From: Trichomonas gallinae
Taxonomy: Eukaryota
Length of the DNA stretch: 64,000 bases
Direction: 5' to 3'
NCBI GenBank assembly: GCA_008369845.1
Contig: MRSU01005533.1
Coordinates: 1 to 64,000, forward strand
Of this stretch, positions 44,920-56,384 are shown one piece after another (position 1 is the first letter of the stretch; each line of letters starts with the position of its first letter). A program made the position numbers and the translations under genes. The notes beneath the pieces are model-generated. The model made no database searches. It was not told the DNA's origin and worked only from the letters and a program-made list of their open reading frames with translations.

Positions 44920-46040
44920 TTATAATTGATAGAGGATCGCGATTGTTCTCTTGGCATGTGTATGTTGAGCATTTTGAAGTAGAGTATAATCATTTTTGTT
45001 TCTGTGTTTCGAATCGGCTCCGGCTTCAAGAACTTTGACAGTGTTTGAGCTGCTGAAGTGTGCTGAAAATTCTAAGGAAGTTTCATTGTCTTTATCCTCT
45101 TGATCGACTGGAACAACCTTGGCAATGATTGCTATGATTACCTTTGCATGGTGTGCCGTCCACATTAATGGTGTAAAGCCATCAATAACCGGCAAATTTA
45201 CGTCAATACCGCACTGATTAAGCCAAGCGCGTACTCTGTAATATATGCTTTGATTCATCGACATGATTAATATTGGCGCCACGACTCAAAAGGAATGGGA
45301 TATCAGAAGGATTTCCACCTATTGCAGAATAGGAGATAGCAGTCATTTCATTGATGGATGTTTCGTTTGGATCCCAGTTTGGACCAATAATAATTTGTGA
45401 TATAAGAGAAGTAATTGATGACTTTACAGAATGATGATTCATGACTTAATTAAGGGACGTAGCCATGCTGAATCAGAACTTTAATTAATTCTAGATTTGA
45501 TATACTCGATGTTATAGGGAAGTGTATCTGATCTAACATCTACAATAAATAAGTAGAGATGTGTCATTATTGCATTATTAATGCAGGCATCGTTTAGCTT
45601 ATGGCCAGACTTGAGTAAATCCTTAATGATGTATGCAGATTTGCCAATGAATGCGAACTCAAGGCATATAGAGGTAAAGTTAATGTTTTCAGAGAGAAGG
45701 TAGCGGAATATGTTTTCCGTGCCGAAGTAGCAATCCAATTCGATTGGGAAATACTTTGTCATTCAAAGATATATTTTTCTCTTTGACATAGATGAGGTAA
45801 CTATGATCGATAAGGTATTCTTCTTTTAACTTCTGAAGAAGATTGTAGTATGCGTGAAGATTACTGATGTTGTTCTCAGCAGTTATGCCAACTAAGTCAA
45901 TATAAATCTTGGGTCTTCATACCAAGATGATGCATTTTGCTTCTTCAAAAATTCTATCTTCATTTTTGAAATTCATCACGTATTTAGCTTAATAGCTATT
46001 AATTGCTCTCTATTGGGCTTCACACACATGTTAAATCATC
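44920..46040 (-). pseudogene. DUF3447 + ankyrin repeat pseudogene
   Basis: Fragments in different frames: CYFGTENIFRYLLS...CLEFAFIG; TAISYSAIGGN...FLLSRGANIN; GFTPLMWTAH; ETSLEFSAH...LEAGAD; 5' limit approximate. Confidence 0.85.
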
Positions 46041-46321
46041 CTAAAATTGTGAAGTGTCTGGAATCTAAAATGCCAAATAAATTTTTACATGTCAAAATAT
46101 ATTTGACGACCAAAATAAAATAAATATGAAATATTAATATGCATATTATATAATTGTTATATGACTAATAAAATATTTTTGACCACGTATATTTTATTTT
46201 TGACATTAAATTTTGAAATATATAGAATTTCGACACTACATTGTTTATAGTATAATAATTTACAATAAACTCAAATTTGACATGAAATTAAAAACGAATA
46301 CTAACAAAAGTACTAAATAAA

Positions 46322-47803
46322 ATGGAAGAAATTATCAAGTTATATGAAAGTGTACCACTTCCATACAAGTATGTGAATATCCCTAAGCCAGGTGAGCATC
46401 AAAATAAGTCAAAATATCCAATTGCTTATTATGTTAACCAAGTTATTACAAATTTAACAAGAAGTGCATTCAAACACTGCGGTTTTCAAGTGACAGAAGA
46501 TAGGAGAAAGTGGAATGCATCATGGGGAAGGCAGTATCAAGCCGATGAATACACTCAATGTGCAAGTTGGCAAAAAATTAATCACTTTGCTGGCGCTTTT
46601 CTTATGGGAAGAAAGGATCATTTGCATACTAGAATGACAGAGTTAGCGAAGAGAGGACCTGGTTTAGCAGATTTCTATCCTAAATCATATTTGCTTCCAG
46701 ATCAAAAAGCAGAATTCGAAAAAGCATATAAAAATACTAAGCTTTGGATTGTGAAGCCATCAGCATCATCACGAGGCCGCGGAATTCATCTCGTTTCCAG
46801 TGATGTTGATGAAATTCCGCAAGCTGCTGGAATTGTTCAGACTTACATCGACAGACCAATGCTTATCACAAAGAGAAAGTTCGATATTCGTCTTTACGCA
46901 CTCATAACAAGCTGCAATCCATTGAGAATTTATATGCATCATTCTGGCTTAGCGAGATTTTGCACGCATCCATATGATCCTAATGGAGATTACAACGATG
47001 ATCACATGCACCTTACAAACTTCTCGATAAACAAAGAAGACACAAAATTCAAACGTTGCGATACAGGAATTGAAAGCATTGAAGACTCTAAGTGGTCTCT
47101 TCCTTTCTTCCTTAAGCATCTGAGAGAATCTGGCATCAATACAGACATGATAATGTCCAAATTAGAGCACGTCACAATCATGACCGTCATTGCAGGCATG
47201 ATGGAGATCAGGAAGCACCACGAAAACCTGATCCCTCACAGACACACATCGTACGAGATGTACGGCATCGACATCATGCTCGACCAAGACATGAACCCTC
47301 ATCTTATCGAAATCAACATCAGCCCATCAATGTCCGGCCTCGACTCCAAACTTGACCAAGAGATCAAGTTCCCTCTTCAGCTCGATCTTCTCCGCATGGC
47401 GAGAATCATTGACTGCGACCCAACAAAGAAGAGGCCGTGCCCTGCTGTTGACATGATCGATCAGGAGTGGCGCGAGACAATGACGAAGAAGCGCGTCGTC
47501 GAAGTCGAGATGGGAGTCAACGGCTGGGACGATCCAAACTTCGGTGATTTGACGATGATCAGGGATTACGTCGAAGAGCAGCCGATCCTCGGTGGATTCA
47601 GGCGCGTCTTCCCTAAGAGAAAGACTATGGACAGGTTCATTCCAGCATTCAGCCAGCTCTCTTATCGCGACAGGATGTTCCAGAGTTGGATTCGCCTTGA
47701 CAACGCTCAGCGCCTCGAAGTCATCAAGAAGAACTTCGGCAGGTATAAAGAAAGAATCGAGGCCATCACTAAGGATGCTGCTGCATGCCAGAAGATGGTT
47801 TGA
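46322..47803 (+). CDS. Tubulin-tyrosine ligase-like protein (TTLL4/5-type polyglutamylase)
   Basis: QKINHF, WIVKPSASSRGRGI, RKFDIRLYAL, HLTNFSINK, EMYGIDIMLD, LIEINISPS. Confidence 0.93.
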   Translation: MEEIIKLYESVPLPYKYVNIPKPGEHQNKSKYPIAYYVNQVITNLTRSAFKHCGFQVTEDRRKWNASWGRQYQADEYTQCASWQKINHFAGAFLMGRKDHLHTRMTELAKRGPGLADFYPKSYLLPDQKAEFEKAYKNTKLWIVKPSASSRGRGIHLVSSDVDEIPQAAGIVQTYIDRPMLITKRKFDIRLYALITSCNPLRIYMHHSGLARFCTHPYDPNGDYNDDHMHLTNFSINKEDTKFKRCDTGIESIEDSKWSLPFFLKHLRESGINTDMIMSKLEHVTIMTVIAGMMEIRKHHENLIPHRHTSYEMYGIDIMLDQDMNPHLIEINISPSMSGLDSKLDQEIKFPLQLDLLRMARIIDCDPTKKRPCPAVDMIDQEWRETMTKKRVVEVEMGVNGWDDPNFGDLTMIRDYVEEQPILGGFRRVFPKRKTMDRFIPAFSQLSYRDRMFQSWIRLDNAQRLEVIKKNFGRYKERIEAITKDAAACQKMV

Positions 47804-49785
47804 ACTATTTTTTGATTGTATTTGTATGAATATAAATATATCATTCATTCTATTTCTATTGACTACTTTTTATATAAAAAATATCAAGAATACTTTGGAT
47901 TGATCACAAGATTTGCAGATAACTTTCCATATATATTTGGTATCTGGTTAGTTATTCTATAAGATTAAATTGAATCAAATGGTTTAATAAAATCAACACT
48001 GCATAAATAATAAAAATTATAATGCATTAGTTATTGCATCAAAAAAATTACATCTGAATAATTGTTGATTTGAAAGAAGACAAATATAATAAGGAGAATC
48101 AAACATGATTCATAAGAAACTTCTGAAGTTGATCTTGATAATATCATTAAAAATGGGTATATATCATTTGTGTTTGCTTTCAAAAAATGCCACTTTTCAA
48201 TGCTCTAAACAAGAGTTTTAAGCTTAGTACCGAATCATTTTACACAGTGATGATCTTCCTTTCGATGTGTGGGAACGATATTACAGAACCACATTCACCA
48301 GGACATCCAAATCTCACTGCTAAAACTGCAAAGAATTCAAAAAAAAAACTCCAACAGACTTATTATCTGTTTTCCTTCGAAAATATCATCTACATCGTAT
48401 TGTTTGAACTGATTCTTAAATTGTAGAATGAATAGTTAAGTAAACATTATTATTAAAATAATGTTAAACTGTTGTTATCATTGTCTTCACATTGAAATAA
48501 TTAAGATTTGTATTTCTATGTTGTTACTCAGTTTCTGCAGTTTTAAAATAAGACTATTAAGAATTTAATTAATAGCTATGTATAGATTTCAGCCAGCACT
48601 GTTTGTAGACTGTATTCCATCATCTTATGAATAATATCAATATAATTATCCAGAAATGCAATGTTTGAATTGAATTACCATAATATTAAATTTAGCTTGA
48701 ACTAATATTATATTGCATCACTGTAATCTAACAATGAACAATGATTGGTTTATATCGAATAAAAAAATTGGTTTGAAAAAAATTACGAAATCCAGGCTAC
48801 ATTTATAATCAATCAACTAAAATTGTACTAGTATAGTTTATCTACAGTATTAAATAGTTATTATTCCTAATTTCAGACAAAGAGAAAATTGAAAGAGCCT
48901 TTGAATATATCAGTTATTATGTTTGCTCGATTGTATGTGAACTTGTTAATAGTTTGGATGATCAGAATGAAAATAATTTAATATTTTTTATAAAAAACTT
49001 CAAATTGCGAATGAATAAAGATGGCAAGTCATTGTACTAGCAACCAGAAACTACATATCAAAAGAATTCTGAATAAAATGGAGTTCAAAAAAATTTTTTT
49101 GAAATCGACCAAACAACAAAAATAATTCAAATTCTCAAATAGCTTTTCAAACACTATTACTCCTAAAAGTTTCTTCAAATATAAATAAATAATTTGAAAA
49201 AAAATAACTAAAAAAATGTAAAACTACATATCATCAAAAATTAATCGCATGGAACCTGATGTTGAATGTAAATGCAAACTTTTGTTGTGGAAATCTTGAT
49301 TAAAATAGTGAAAAACTGTAAAATAATTAAAAAGAGTAGAGAACTCGAATATGTATCGATAACTGATTGATATATTAAAGCGTCTGTTGAAATAAAAGTA
49401 TAAACATCAAAGAAATTGCTAAAATTATTGGAATAAGCATGAAAAGTTCTGCATTGTATCGATAATCATCAGTTGGTTGTCAATTATTCCAATGCAAAGC
49501 CTTGATTGTAATAAATTCCAAAAAAAAATAATTATTGGAAAAATAATGGGATAGTTGATCCTGATCATTGCAGCAGTGCTGACCTTCTTGGCGCGAAATC
49601 GAGTAAGAATCCAAATCTAGTTGGCATTTTGTTATTTAATCTAATTTATTCAAAAAAATTTTTTGAAGAAAACGATTACTGTGGATTCAAATTTCAAAGC
49701 TATTTAAAACTAAAAATAATCATATATCATATATTTGTTATTTTTATTATGTTTTAGAACTTGCTATTACGCCAGTAATACTATT

Positions 49786-49925
49786 AAATTGAGAGAATTA
49801 TTTCAGAGCGTAAGTGTATGTTTATTATTAAACACAGATTGATATTTTCTTAAAAAATTGAGAGAAATATTTCAAAAAGTATTAGTATGTTTATAATTAC
49901 ATGTAGATCAATATTTCATAAAAAT
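49786..49925. repeat. Imperfect tandem duplication, about 69-bp unit, 2 copies
   Basis: AAATTGAGAGAATTATTTCA...GTATGTTTATTATTA at 49786 and AAATTGAGAGAAATATTTCA...GTATGTTTATAATTA at 49855. Confidence 0.8.
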
Positions 49926-50229
49926 TAGCAACTCTCTAAAACGATGTTCTGATTCACAAATTGAATTAGTTTTTGGGTAATATCTCCATTATGTCTAATA
50001 TATCTAGATTTATCAATTAAAGTCATGGTTGGTCGAAATCTAAGAAATTCTTACGAAATTTATCCAAAGAATATTTTAGTTAAAAACATTCTAAGTGCAT
50101 TTTCGAGTATATTAAGCTTTAAATTTACGATTATTTTTGAGTCAATGATTTGAGAAGAGCATCTTTTATTCTATGAGCTTTATCAAAATCTCACTTTTCT
50201 ATGAGTTCTATGAAATATTTTATTAATTT

Positions 50230-50931
50230 ATGATTGATCAAAGTCCATCGAGTCTCACGCCAAGTATTAAGGTTCTCCTTGATATTCCAACCTTTCCTCA
50301 GAAGCCCTGTAAGCCGGAAAGCTTCAGACAGTCCATATTGAATTTGATTAAGTATGGAGAACAAAATATTGGAATTCGCATATCACTGAATTATATTTGC
50401 GAAACATTCCACTTCCAAAAGAGGAGGCTATACGATGTTATTAATGTTTTCGACATTGTTGGCATTTGCGTCAAGCTTAACTTGGAAACGATAGAATGGT
50501 GCGGTTTGAAAAATGTCGTTAACAAGTTTGAAGCCATGAGAAAGCAATACAACATATGCGAAAACCAAATCCCTGACAATACAATTATTTCCGATGATTG
50601 TATATCTATTACGCAGTTGACTTTGTCTTTCATCAAGTGCATATTATCATTGAAAATACCATGCTTTGATATTAGACAGATCTCAATGTTCCTCTCTCGC
50701 TCAAATAATCGCTTCAAAACAACTTTATGTAAGCTATACCAGATTTCTCACATCCTAGAAAGTGCTGGTATCATTGAGAAAACTCCTTTGCCTGGTGAAC
50801 TTATCTTGTCCAAGCATTATATGGTGAGACCAAAAATTGATTATTTCTCAGTTGCGGATCTTCTGAATCGTCGCGATGCTCCAAAGTTCATATTCCAGCC
50901 GATATCCACGTTAATCCCACAATATGCGTAA
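50230..50931 (+). CDS. E2F/DP-family winged-helix protein with two tandem DNA-binding domains
   Basis: QKRRLYDVINVFDIVGIC...IEWCG, and a second degenerate TTLCKLYQISHILESAGIIEK. Confidence 0.85.
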   Translation: MIDQSPSSLTPSIKVLLDIPTFPQKPCKPESFRQSILNLIKYGEQNIGIRISLNYICETFHFQKRRLYDVINVFDIVGICVKLNLETIEWCGLKNVVNKFEAMRKQYNICENQIPDNTIISDDCISITQLTLSFIKCILSLKIPCFDIRQISMFLSRSNNRFKTTLCKLYQISHILESAGIIEKTPLPGELILSKHYMVRPKIDYFSVADLLNRRDAPKFIFQPISTLIPQYA

Positions 50932-51374
50932 CTTTATCGAATTCGGATATTCTTATTTCAAAATATTTTTGTTATTAAACATGCTGTATTATAGTATTAG
51001 TTGTATTAGGTCATGTTTTAAGCCTTATAGAGCTAAATTTTCAAAAAATGAAGTGGACAACTATGATTTCAAAAGTATATCATTTTTAGAAAATATATAT
51101 GTTTCTAGTCATTTTTCGTTTATTTTTCGATTTTAAAAAAATACAAAATTCTAAATTTTAGCATTTGATTTAAAATACATTATAAATTCATCGAAAGCAC
51201 AAATTTCAAATTTTTTCGAAAATTATTTATTAATATTAGCTAAATAAACTTGTTAATTAATATCTTGTGCACAGTGGTTATTTAGTTTTAGAGAATCAAA
51301 GCTTAACTCGAAGTTAATATAAAATTTATGAAAAAGTTGTTAATTTATTCAAAAATAAGCAAAAATATATTAGA

Positions 51375-53447
51375 TTATGTGAAAAGATTCGAGTCTTCAT
51401 TAGACCTGACGTCAGCGGCTGAAATCAGATAACCTTCATCCTTCAATTGTTTGTGTTTGTTGAATTTGATGAAGACAAAGAATCCAACAGCACCACCAAC
51501 AACGATGACAGCAACAACAAACAAGGCACCCAAGGCGAAGTTTCTTCCTTGGCCTTTATGAGTATCTACTGGATATGGGAAGTCAGCGACCTTCTTTATG
51601 CTCGATGAACCGAATTTGGAGCATTTATAGCCCTTAGGGACAAGGATTGTGTAATTAAGATTGCAATCTCCGGCAAAACAGTTTGTTCCGCAGTAATAAA
51701 TGTTAGGATTCGAGTTTGACACAATTTCAGATCCAATGTTAATAGTTATATCGCTCAAAGCTAAAGATTCAAGTTTTTGACAATTATAAAATGTTCTATT
51801 TTCGATATATGGGATGCGAGATGTTGAAAGATCGACAGTCTTGAGATCAGAGCTCATGAAGGCTTCTTGTTCCATGTAAATGCAGTTATTATCTAATTTG
51901 AGATCTTTAATTCCTGTGTGTTGGAAAGCTCCTGTAGAAATCTTGAAGTTTATCTTAGGGAATGTAACGTTTTCGAGATTGAAGCATGATAAGAAGCAAT
52001 ATTCAGGAATTTTTGCAATTTTTGTCTGATCGAGTTTAACGCTTGTGAGTCTGCCAATCATTTCGAATGATCTCACACCAAGTGTTGTAACTGTTTCAGG
52101 AAGTTCAAGACTTGTTATTCCTGTAAATGAAAATGCTTTGTCGCCAATAGAAACAGTATTCACGAGTTTAAGTGTCACCAACTTGGTGCAGCTATAAAAT
52201 GCATTATCTTTGATCGTGTGGGCATGTATTTCTGCGCTTTCAAGTTCGCCATTTGATTCAAATGTTGATGCTTCAATGACTTTGACTCCTTCTGGGATAA
52301 CAACTGATCTTAGCTTGTTATCAAAGAACGCCGCTTGACCAATAGTTCTGAGAGAGCTTGGAAATTCGATAGATTTCAATTGTGTATTTGAATAGAAGCA
52401 TTTATCGCCAATAACTTCAACGGATTTTGGCAATGTTACAGTATCAAACTGAGATCCGTAGAATGCTGCTGGGCCAATTTCGATTAGATTTGGTGGTAAT
52501 TGAACTTTAACTATTTGACACTTCTGGAAACACGCTGGAGGGATGACAGTGACTTTAGTTTTGCTAAGGTCAACATGAGAAAGGTTGTGATTTTCATTGA
52601 AACAGAATTCGCCGAGTGTTTTGAGAGATGATGTGAAAATCATTTCAATTAAAGCGCAACTTGAGAAAGCTTCATTTCCAATAGACTCAATCTTATCATT
52701 AAATGTGACTTGAAGGAGTTTTAGGCAGTAGCTGAAGCACGATTCTGGAATTGCAGTTACACTTGATGCGCTGAAGTCTACAATTTTAACTTGGCTATGC
52801 TCGAATGCTGCGAAGCCAATGGTAGTCAATGAAGCCGGGAAAATGATTTTTTCGAATGTTGCATAAAGAAATGCGCTTTCTTCAATTTTTGTTAGAGAAG
52901 ACGGAAGTATAAACGATCCTTCGATCTGTGTTGCATAGAAACACTCCTTAGGAATCACTTGAATGCTTGTTTTTGATAAATCGAAATTATTCTGAATATC
53001 TGTGTCGCGAAATGCTCTTGAAGCAATCTTTTTGAGGCTGTCTGTAAAAGTAAAGTCAGCAACAACTCCATAGAACGCGTCTTCTTCGATTTCTTCAACT
53101 TTCGGGAAATTTAGCACTTTAATTTTCGTTGCTTGTCCAAATGCATATGTACAGATCTTTTTGACTGATTTCGGAACCGTAATAGCTGCAATTTTAGTAT
53201 CATAAAATGCATATGGTCCAAATTCGACAACTGTGTAATTTACGTTATCAATTGTGTATGAATCTTGGAAGTGTAGTGTACCTGGGTACGAAGGATTAAC
53301 GGCTGGACGTTTTGGCTCTTTCGTTCCGATACCAATTGTGTTCTGTGAGATTTTATACGCTAAAACATCTTGATTGGAGATATTTAGCGTGATTTCTTCA
53401 GCGTGAACATCTGCACATCTGCAAGAAACTAAACATAATGAAAACAT
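51375..53447 (-). CDS. BspA-like type I membrane protein
   Basis: Short N-terminal hydrophobic segment, many TpLRR repeats, IYYCG cap, TM FALGALFVVAVIVVGGAVGFFVFI, cytosolic tail with DEGYLI. Confidence 0.93.
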   Translation of the reverse strand: MFSLCLVSCRCADVHAEEITLNISNQDVLAYKISQNTIGIGTKEPKRPAVNPSYPGTLHFQDSYTIDNVNYTVVEFGPYAFYDTKIAAITVPKSVKKICTYAFGQATKIKVLNFPKVEEIEEDAFYGVVADFTFTDSLKKIASRAFRDTDIQNNFDLSKTSIQVIPKECFYATQIEGSFILPSSLTKIEESAFLYATFEKIIFPASLTTIGFAAFEHSQVKIVDFSASSVTAIPESCFSYCLKLLQVTFNDKIESIGNEAFSSCALIEMIFTSSLKTLGEFCFNENHNLSHVDLSKTKVTVIPPACFQKCQIVKVQLPPNLIEIGPAAFYGSQFDTVTLPKSVEVIGDKCFYSNTQLKSIEFPSSLRTIGQAAFFDNKLRSVVIPEGVKVIEASTFESNGELESAEIHAHTIKDNAFYSCTKLVTLKLVNTVSIGDKAFSFTGITSLELPETVTTLGVRSFEMIGRLTSVKLDQTKIAKIPEYCFLSCFNLENVTFPKINFKISTGAFQHTGIKDLKLDNNCIYMEQEAFMSSDLKTVDLSTSRIPYIENRTFYNCQKLESLALSDITINIGSEIVSNSNPNIYYCGTNCFAGDCNLNYTILVPKGYKCSKFGSSSIKKVADFPYPVDTHKGQGRNFALGALFVVAVIVVGGAVGFFVFIKFNKHKQLKDEGYLISAADVRSNEDSNLFT

Positions 53448-53468
53448 TATAAAAATTTGATTTTGTCA

Positions 53469-53594
53469 TTTACATGTCAAAAATATTTAACATTATCAAT
53501 TCCTATTCAATTATATAATTTACATGACAAAAATAAAATTTTATTCTGATATTTACGTGTCAAAATGATTAACCTTATCATTTACAAGACAAAA
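53469..53594 (-). promoter_or_regulatory. Four copies of the TTTTGWCRYGTAAA-type motif upstream of BspA ATG 53447
   Basis: + strand TTTACATGTCAAAA 53469, TTTACATGACAAAA 53519, TTTACGTGTCAAAA 53552, TTTACAAGACAAAA 53581. Confidence 0.65.
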
Positions 53595-54068
53595 ATATTT
53601 TAACCTTATGATTCATTATTTTTAAAAACTTGAATGAAAAACTCAATATCTGGAGATTGATAATATTACAGCTTAACTACCCATAAAAATTCTCTCCATT
53701 TCATTAATTTAAAATCCCATATTTATCGTCAATACAAATTTTTCATAAAATTAATTAACAATTATTAAGACAACTGATCATTAAATTAATTCACAATCAT
53801 GCACACATCGTTTTTACATCATTCTTAAAATGTCATTGCCAATAAAAATCTAAATAAAATAATTTTTCATTCTTAATTAATCGAATTATCATCATTTTCT
53901 TCCATGGATACAATACTATAGCTAATGCAAATCAATGCAATCAACAATTTCGGACGTTATTACCAATGATAATATTTTGTTAAAATTATTAAATAGAATT
54001 TTGTAAATTTTTTGTATTAAAAACTACAGTACTCTATTTACTAAAAATAAATTTTGATGGAGATGACT

Positions 54069-55538
54069 CTAAAGCTCAGGCATTATTTTAACTTGATCAT
54101 CTTCATCAAGAACGATATCATTATCCATGCAATCGTGTTTCTCAGTCTTGGAAAGCTCATATATGTTTTTGCAGGGCTTCCAGATGATAACAATACATAA
54201 CATTCCACCAACTAAGAATGAGAGCGGATAAGACCACTCAATGCGTGGAGCGTTGTGTTTGTTGGTAAGATACATGATCGTTGAGAAAATAACTAAAAGA
54301 ATCATTTGTGTTGTTAATGAAAGAAATGTTGAAAGTAGGCCTTTCTGCAATGATTGTAGCATAACCTGAGCGTTATTTCGTATCCATGCTACGCAAAATC
54401 CACAGCATCCATTAAATAACATCGACGAAGCGAAATATAGCTCTGTTTGCTCACTAACAAACAGTTTTGAGATCCATATTGGTATGGAAACAATAAGTAT
54501 CGAACAAAATGTGCCCCAGGCGAAGTTTATCCATGTTAAGTGAATTGATAATCGAATCCAGCGCTTGTATTTCTTAGCTGCATATGCATACGCAGCGCAT
54601 GGAAGATATCCAGAGTTAAACGCGATCATAACTGAAACAGTAAGCATTGCAATTCGAAAAACAACTGTATTTCCACTTAAAACACAAGAATATTCGAAAT
54701 GGCTCTGCGCAGAGTTTCCAATATACCACTGTATCAATATGCCTGGCACTGACATCGAAAGCTGCGCGATTAATGCCGAAAAACCAACTTTTATAGCTGG
54801 CAACGTATGTGGCGAGAATTTCTTGAAGAACTGGCGGAATTTCGGTTTAATTGAGAACCTACCTGTGAAATACATAATGAAAAGCGTCACAGCTGGAATG
54901 GAATCAGATAATATTGTTGCGATTGCAGCACCACCGACATTCAAGTCCGTAAAGTACAGAAAAACAGGGTCAAACAGCAGCATATTCAGGAAACACGAGC
55001 AAACGTTAGCGAGACCGAATAATAATGTTCTTCCTTCGCCCTGCAAAAATCCGCCAATCGCGTAGAACGTTCCAGTCGAGATTTGGCAGCCCAATGTTAC
55101 AGCTATGTAGTTGAAGCCGAGCTCAGCAATCTCCTGGGAGGCGCCAAACCACATTGCTGCCTTAGTTACCCATGGAAGAAATGCGCATGGTATGCAAACG
55201 GCAAAAATGAGCTCAACACGTAGTAAGTCGCAGACAACTTGTGACGTTTCTTCTCCTTTGCCGGCACCAAAGAGAGCCGAAATTTTCGAAGATCCGGAAA
55301 CTGACAGGAAAAAGGCAAACGCACGTCCTATGTTATCGAATGGGGTATAGGTACTTACGGCAGCCAGTCCTTTCGTGCCGATAGCTTTCGATACCCAAAT
55401 TGAATCTACGAAACCGAAGAGCGCACTAGATACCTGCGACAATATTGGTCCGAAAGATAGCACAAGTATTGTCCATAGTGGTGGACGTCCGCCAAGTCTG
55501 TAGTGCTCATCTGCAGCTTTCTCTCCTTTTGGATTCAT
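54069..55538 (-). CDS. MATE family efflux transporter
   Basis: About 12 hydrophobic segments; FVDSIWV...GLAAV, FLQGEG, NMLLFDPVF...GAAIATILS. Confidence 0.92.
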   Translation of the reverse strand: MNPKGEKAADEHYRLGGRPPLWTILVLSFGPILSQVSSALFGFVDSIWVSKAIGTKGLAAVSTYTPFDNIGRAFAFFLSVSGSSKISALFGAGKGEETSQVVCDLLRVELIFAVCIPCAFLPWVTKAAMWFGASQEIAELGFNYIAVTLGCQISTGTFYAIGGFLQGEGRTLLFGLANVCSCFLNMLLFDPVFLYFTDLNVGGAAIATILSDSIPAVTLFIMYFTGRFSIKPKFRQFFKKFSPHTLPAIKVGFSALIAQLSMSVPGILIQWYIGNSAQSHFEYSCVLSGNTVVFRIAMLTVSVMIAFNSGYLPCAAYAYAAKKYKRWIRLSIHLTWINFAWGTFCSILIVSIPIWISKLFVSEQTELYFASSMLFNGCCGFCVAWIRNNAQVMLQSLQKGLLSTFLSLTTQMILLVIFSTIMYLTNKHNAPRIEWSYPLSFLVGGMLCIVIIWKPCKNIYELSKTEKHDCMDNDIVLDEDDQVKIMPEL

Positions 55539-56384
55539 CGATTTGTCAAATTTTCAAAATGAGTTTGAATGGTTTATAGTTTTTTTAAATAGTTGTCACT
55601 TTTATTAAATCATTGCTGGTCAGCTTGGAACTTGTTAAGGAACAGAAATTTGCTGATTTTCCATTTTCTATGGGCGCAAAAGATAGACAGTTTGAAGTGA
55701 AAATAATCGTTCGTCATTTAATTTGTTGAATGAATCGATTTTGTCACTTTTATATATATTGAGTCCTCCTTAAACCATATCTTAAGTTTACGTGATTAAA
55801 TGCGTTGATAAAAAAATTTTATAATTAAATTTCGATAGCTATAGACTATATTCTTTGTCTAGTTTCCTAAAATCGTATGCTTCCCAATAGCTCATTATCC
55901 AAATTCAATTCTCCATTGATTTGCAATTTCTAATTTAGTGATATCTGAACAAAATGCTTTAGGGAAAAATATGACATGATAAATCTTGAGTTTTGCATTA
56001 AAAGAATACAAATATAAGATTATCACAGCATAATAATTAATTTTTGAAATTTCATTGTGATGTAATGTTTGTAGATAATAACCTGCATCAAAATTTAGAA
56101 AAAGCTAATGTATATTATTTTATTATAATGTTAAATACTACAATTATATCTTTTTTGAAAAAAATATAAAAAATCATTTCTTATGCAAATTAGTATAATG
56201 CTGCAATAGATACAATGGATTTGTTCCCTTTATATCACAATTCATATTGCTTTTTGAAATTATAAAAACAAGGTTTGAATGATTAGTTTTCTAATTATGG
56301 ATTTTGCACATTACAAATAGTATAGATATATGATGTTCCAAGAGAAAAAAAGCAAAAATAAGGTTTAAATATTTTTAAGGTTAA

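Noticed and set aside
47327..47848. 173-aa antisense ORF
   Set aside because: By-product of high GC3 in the TTLL 3' region; no recognisable domain
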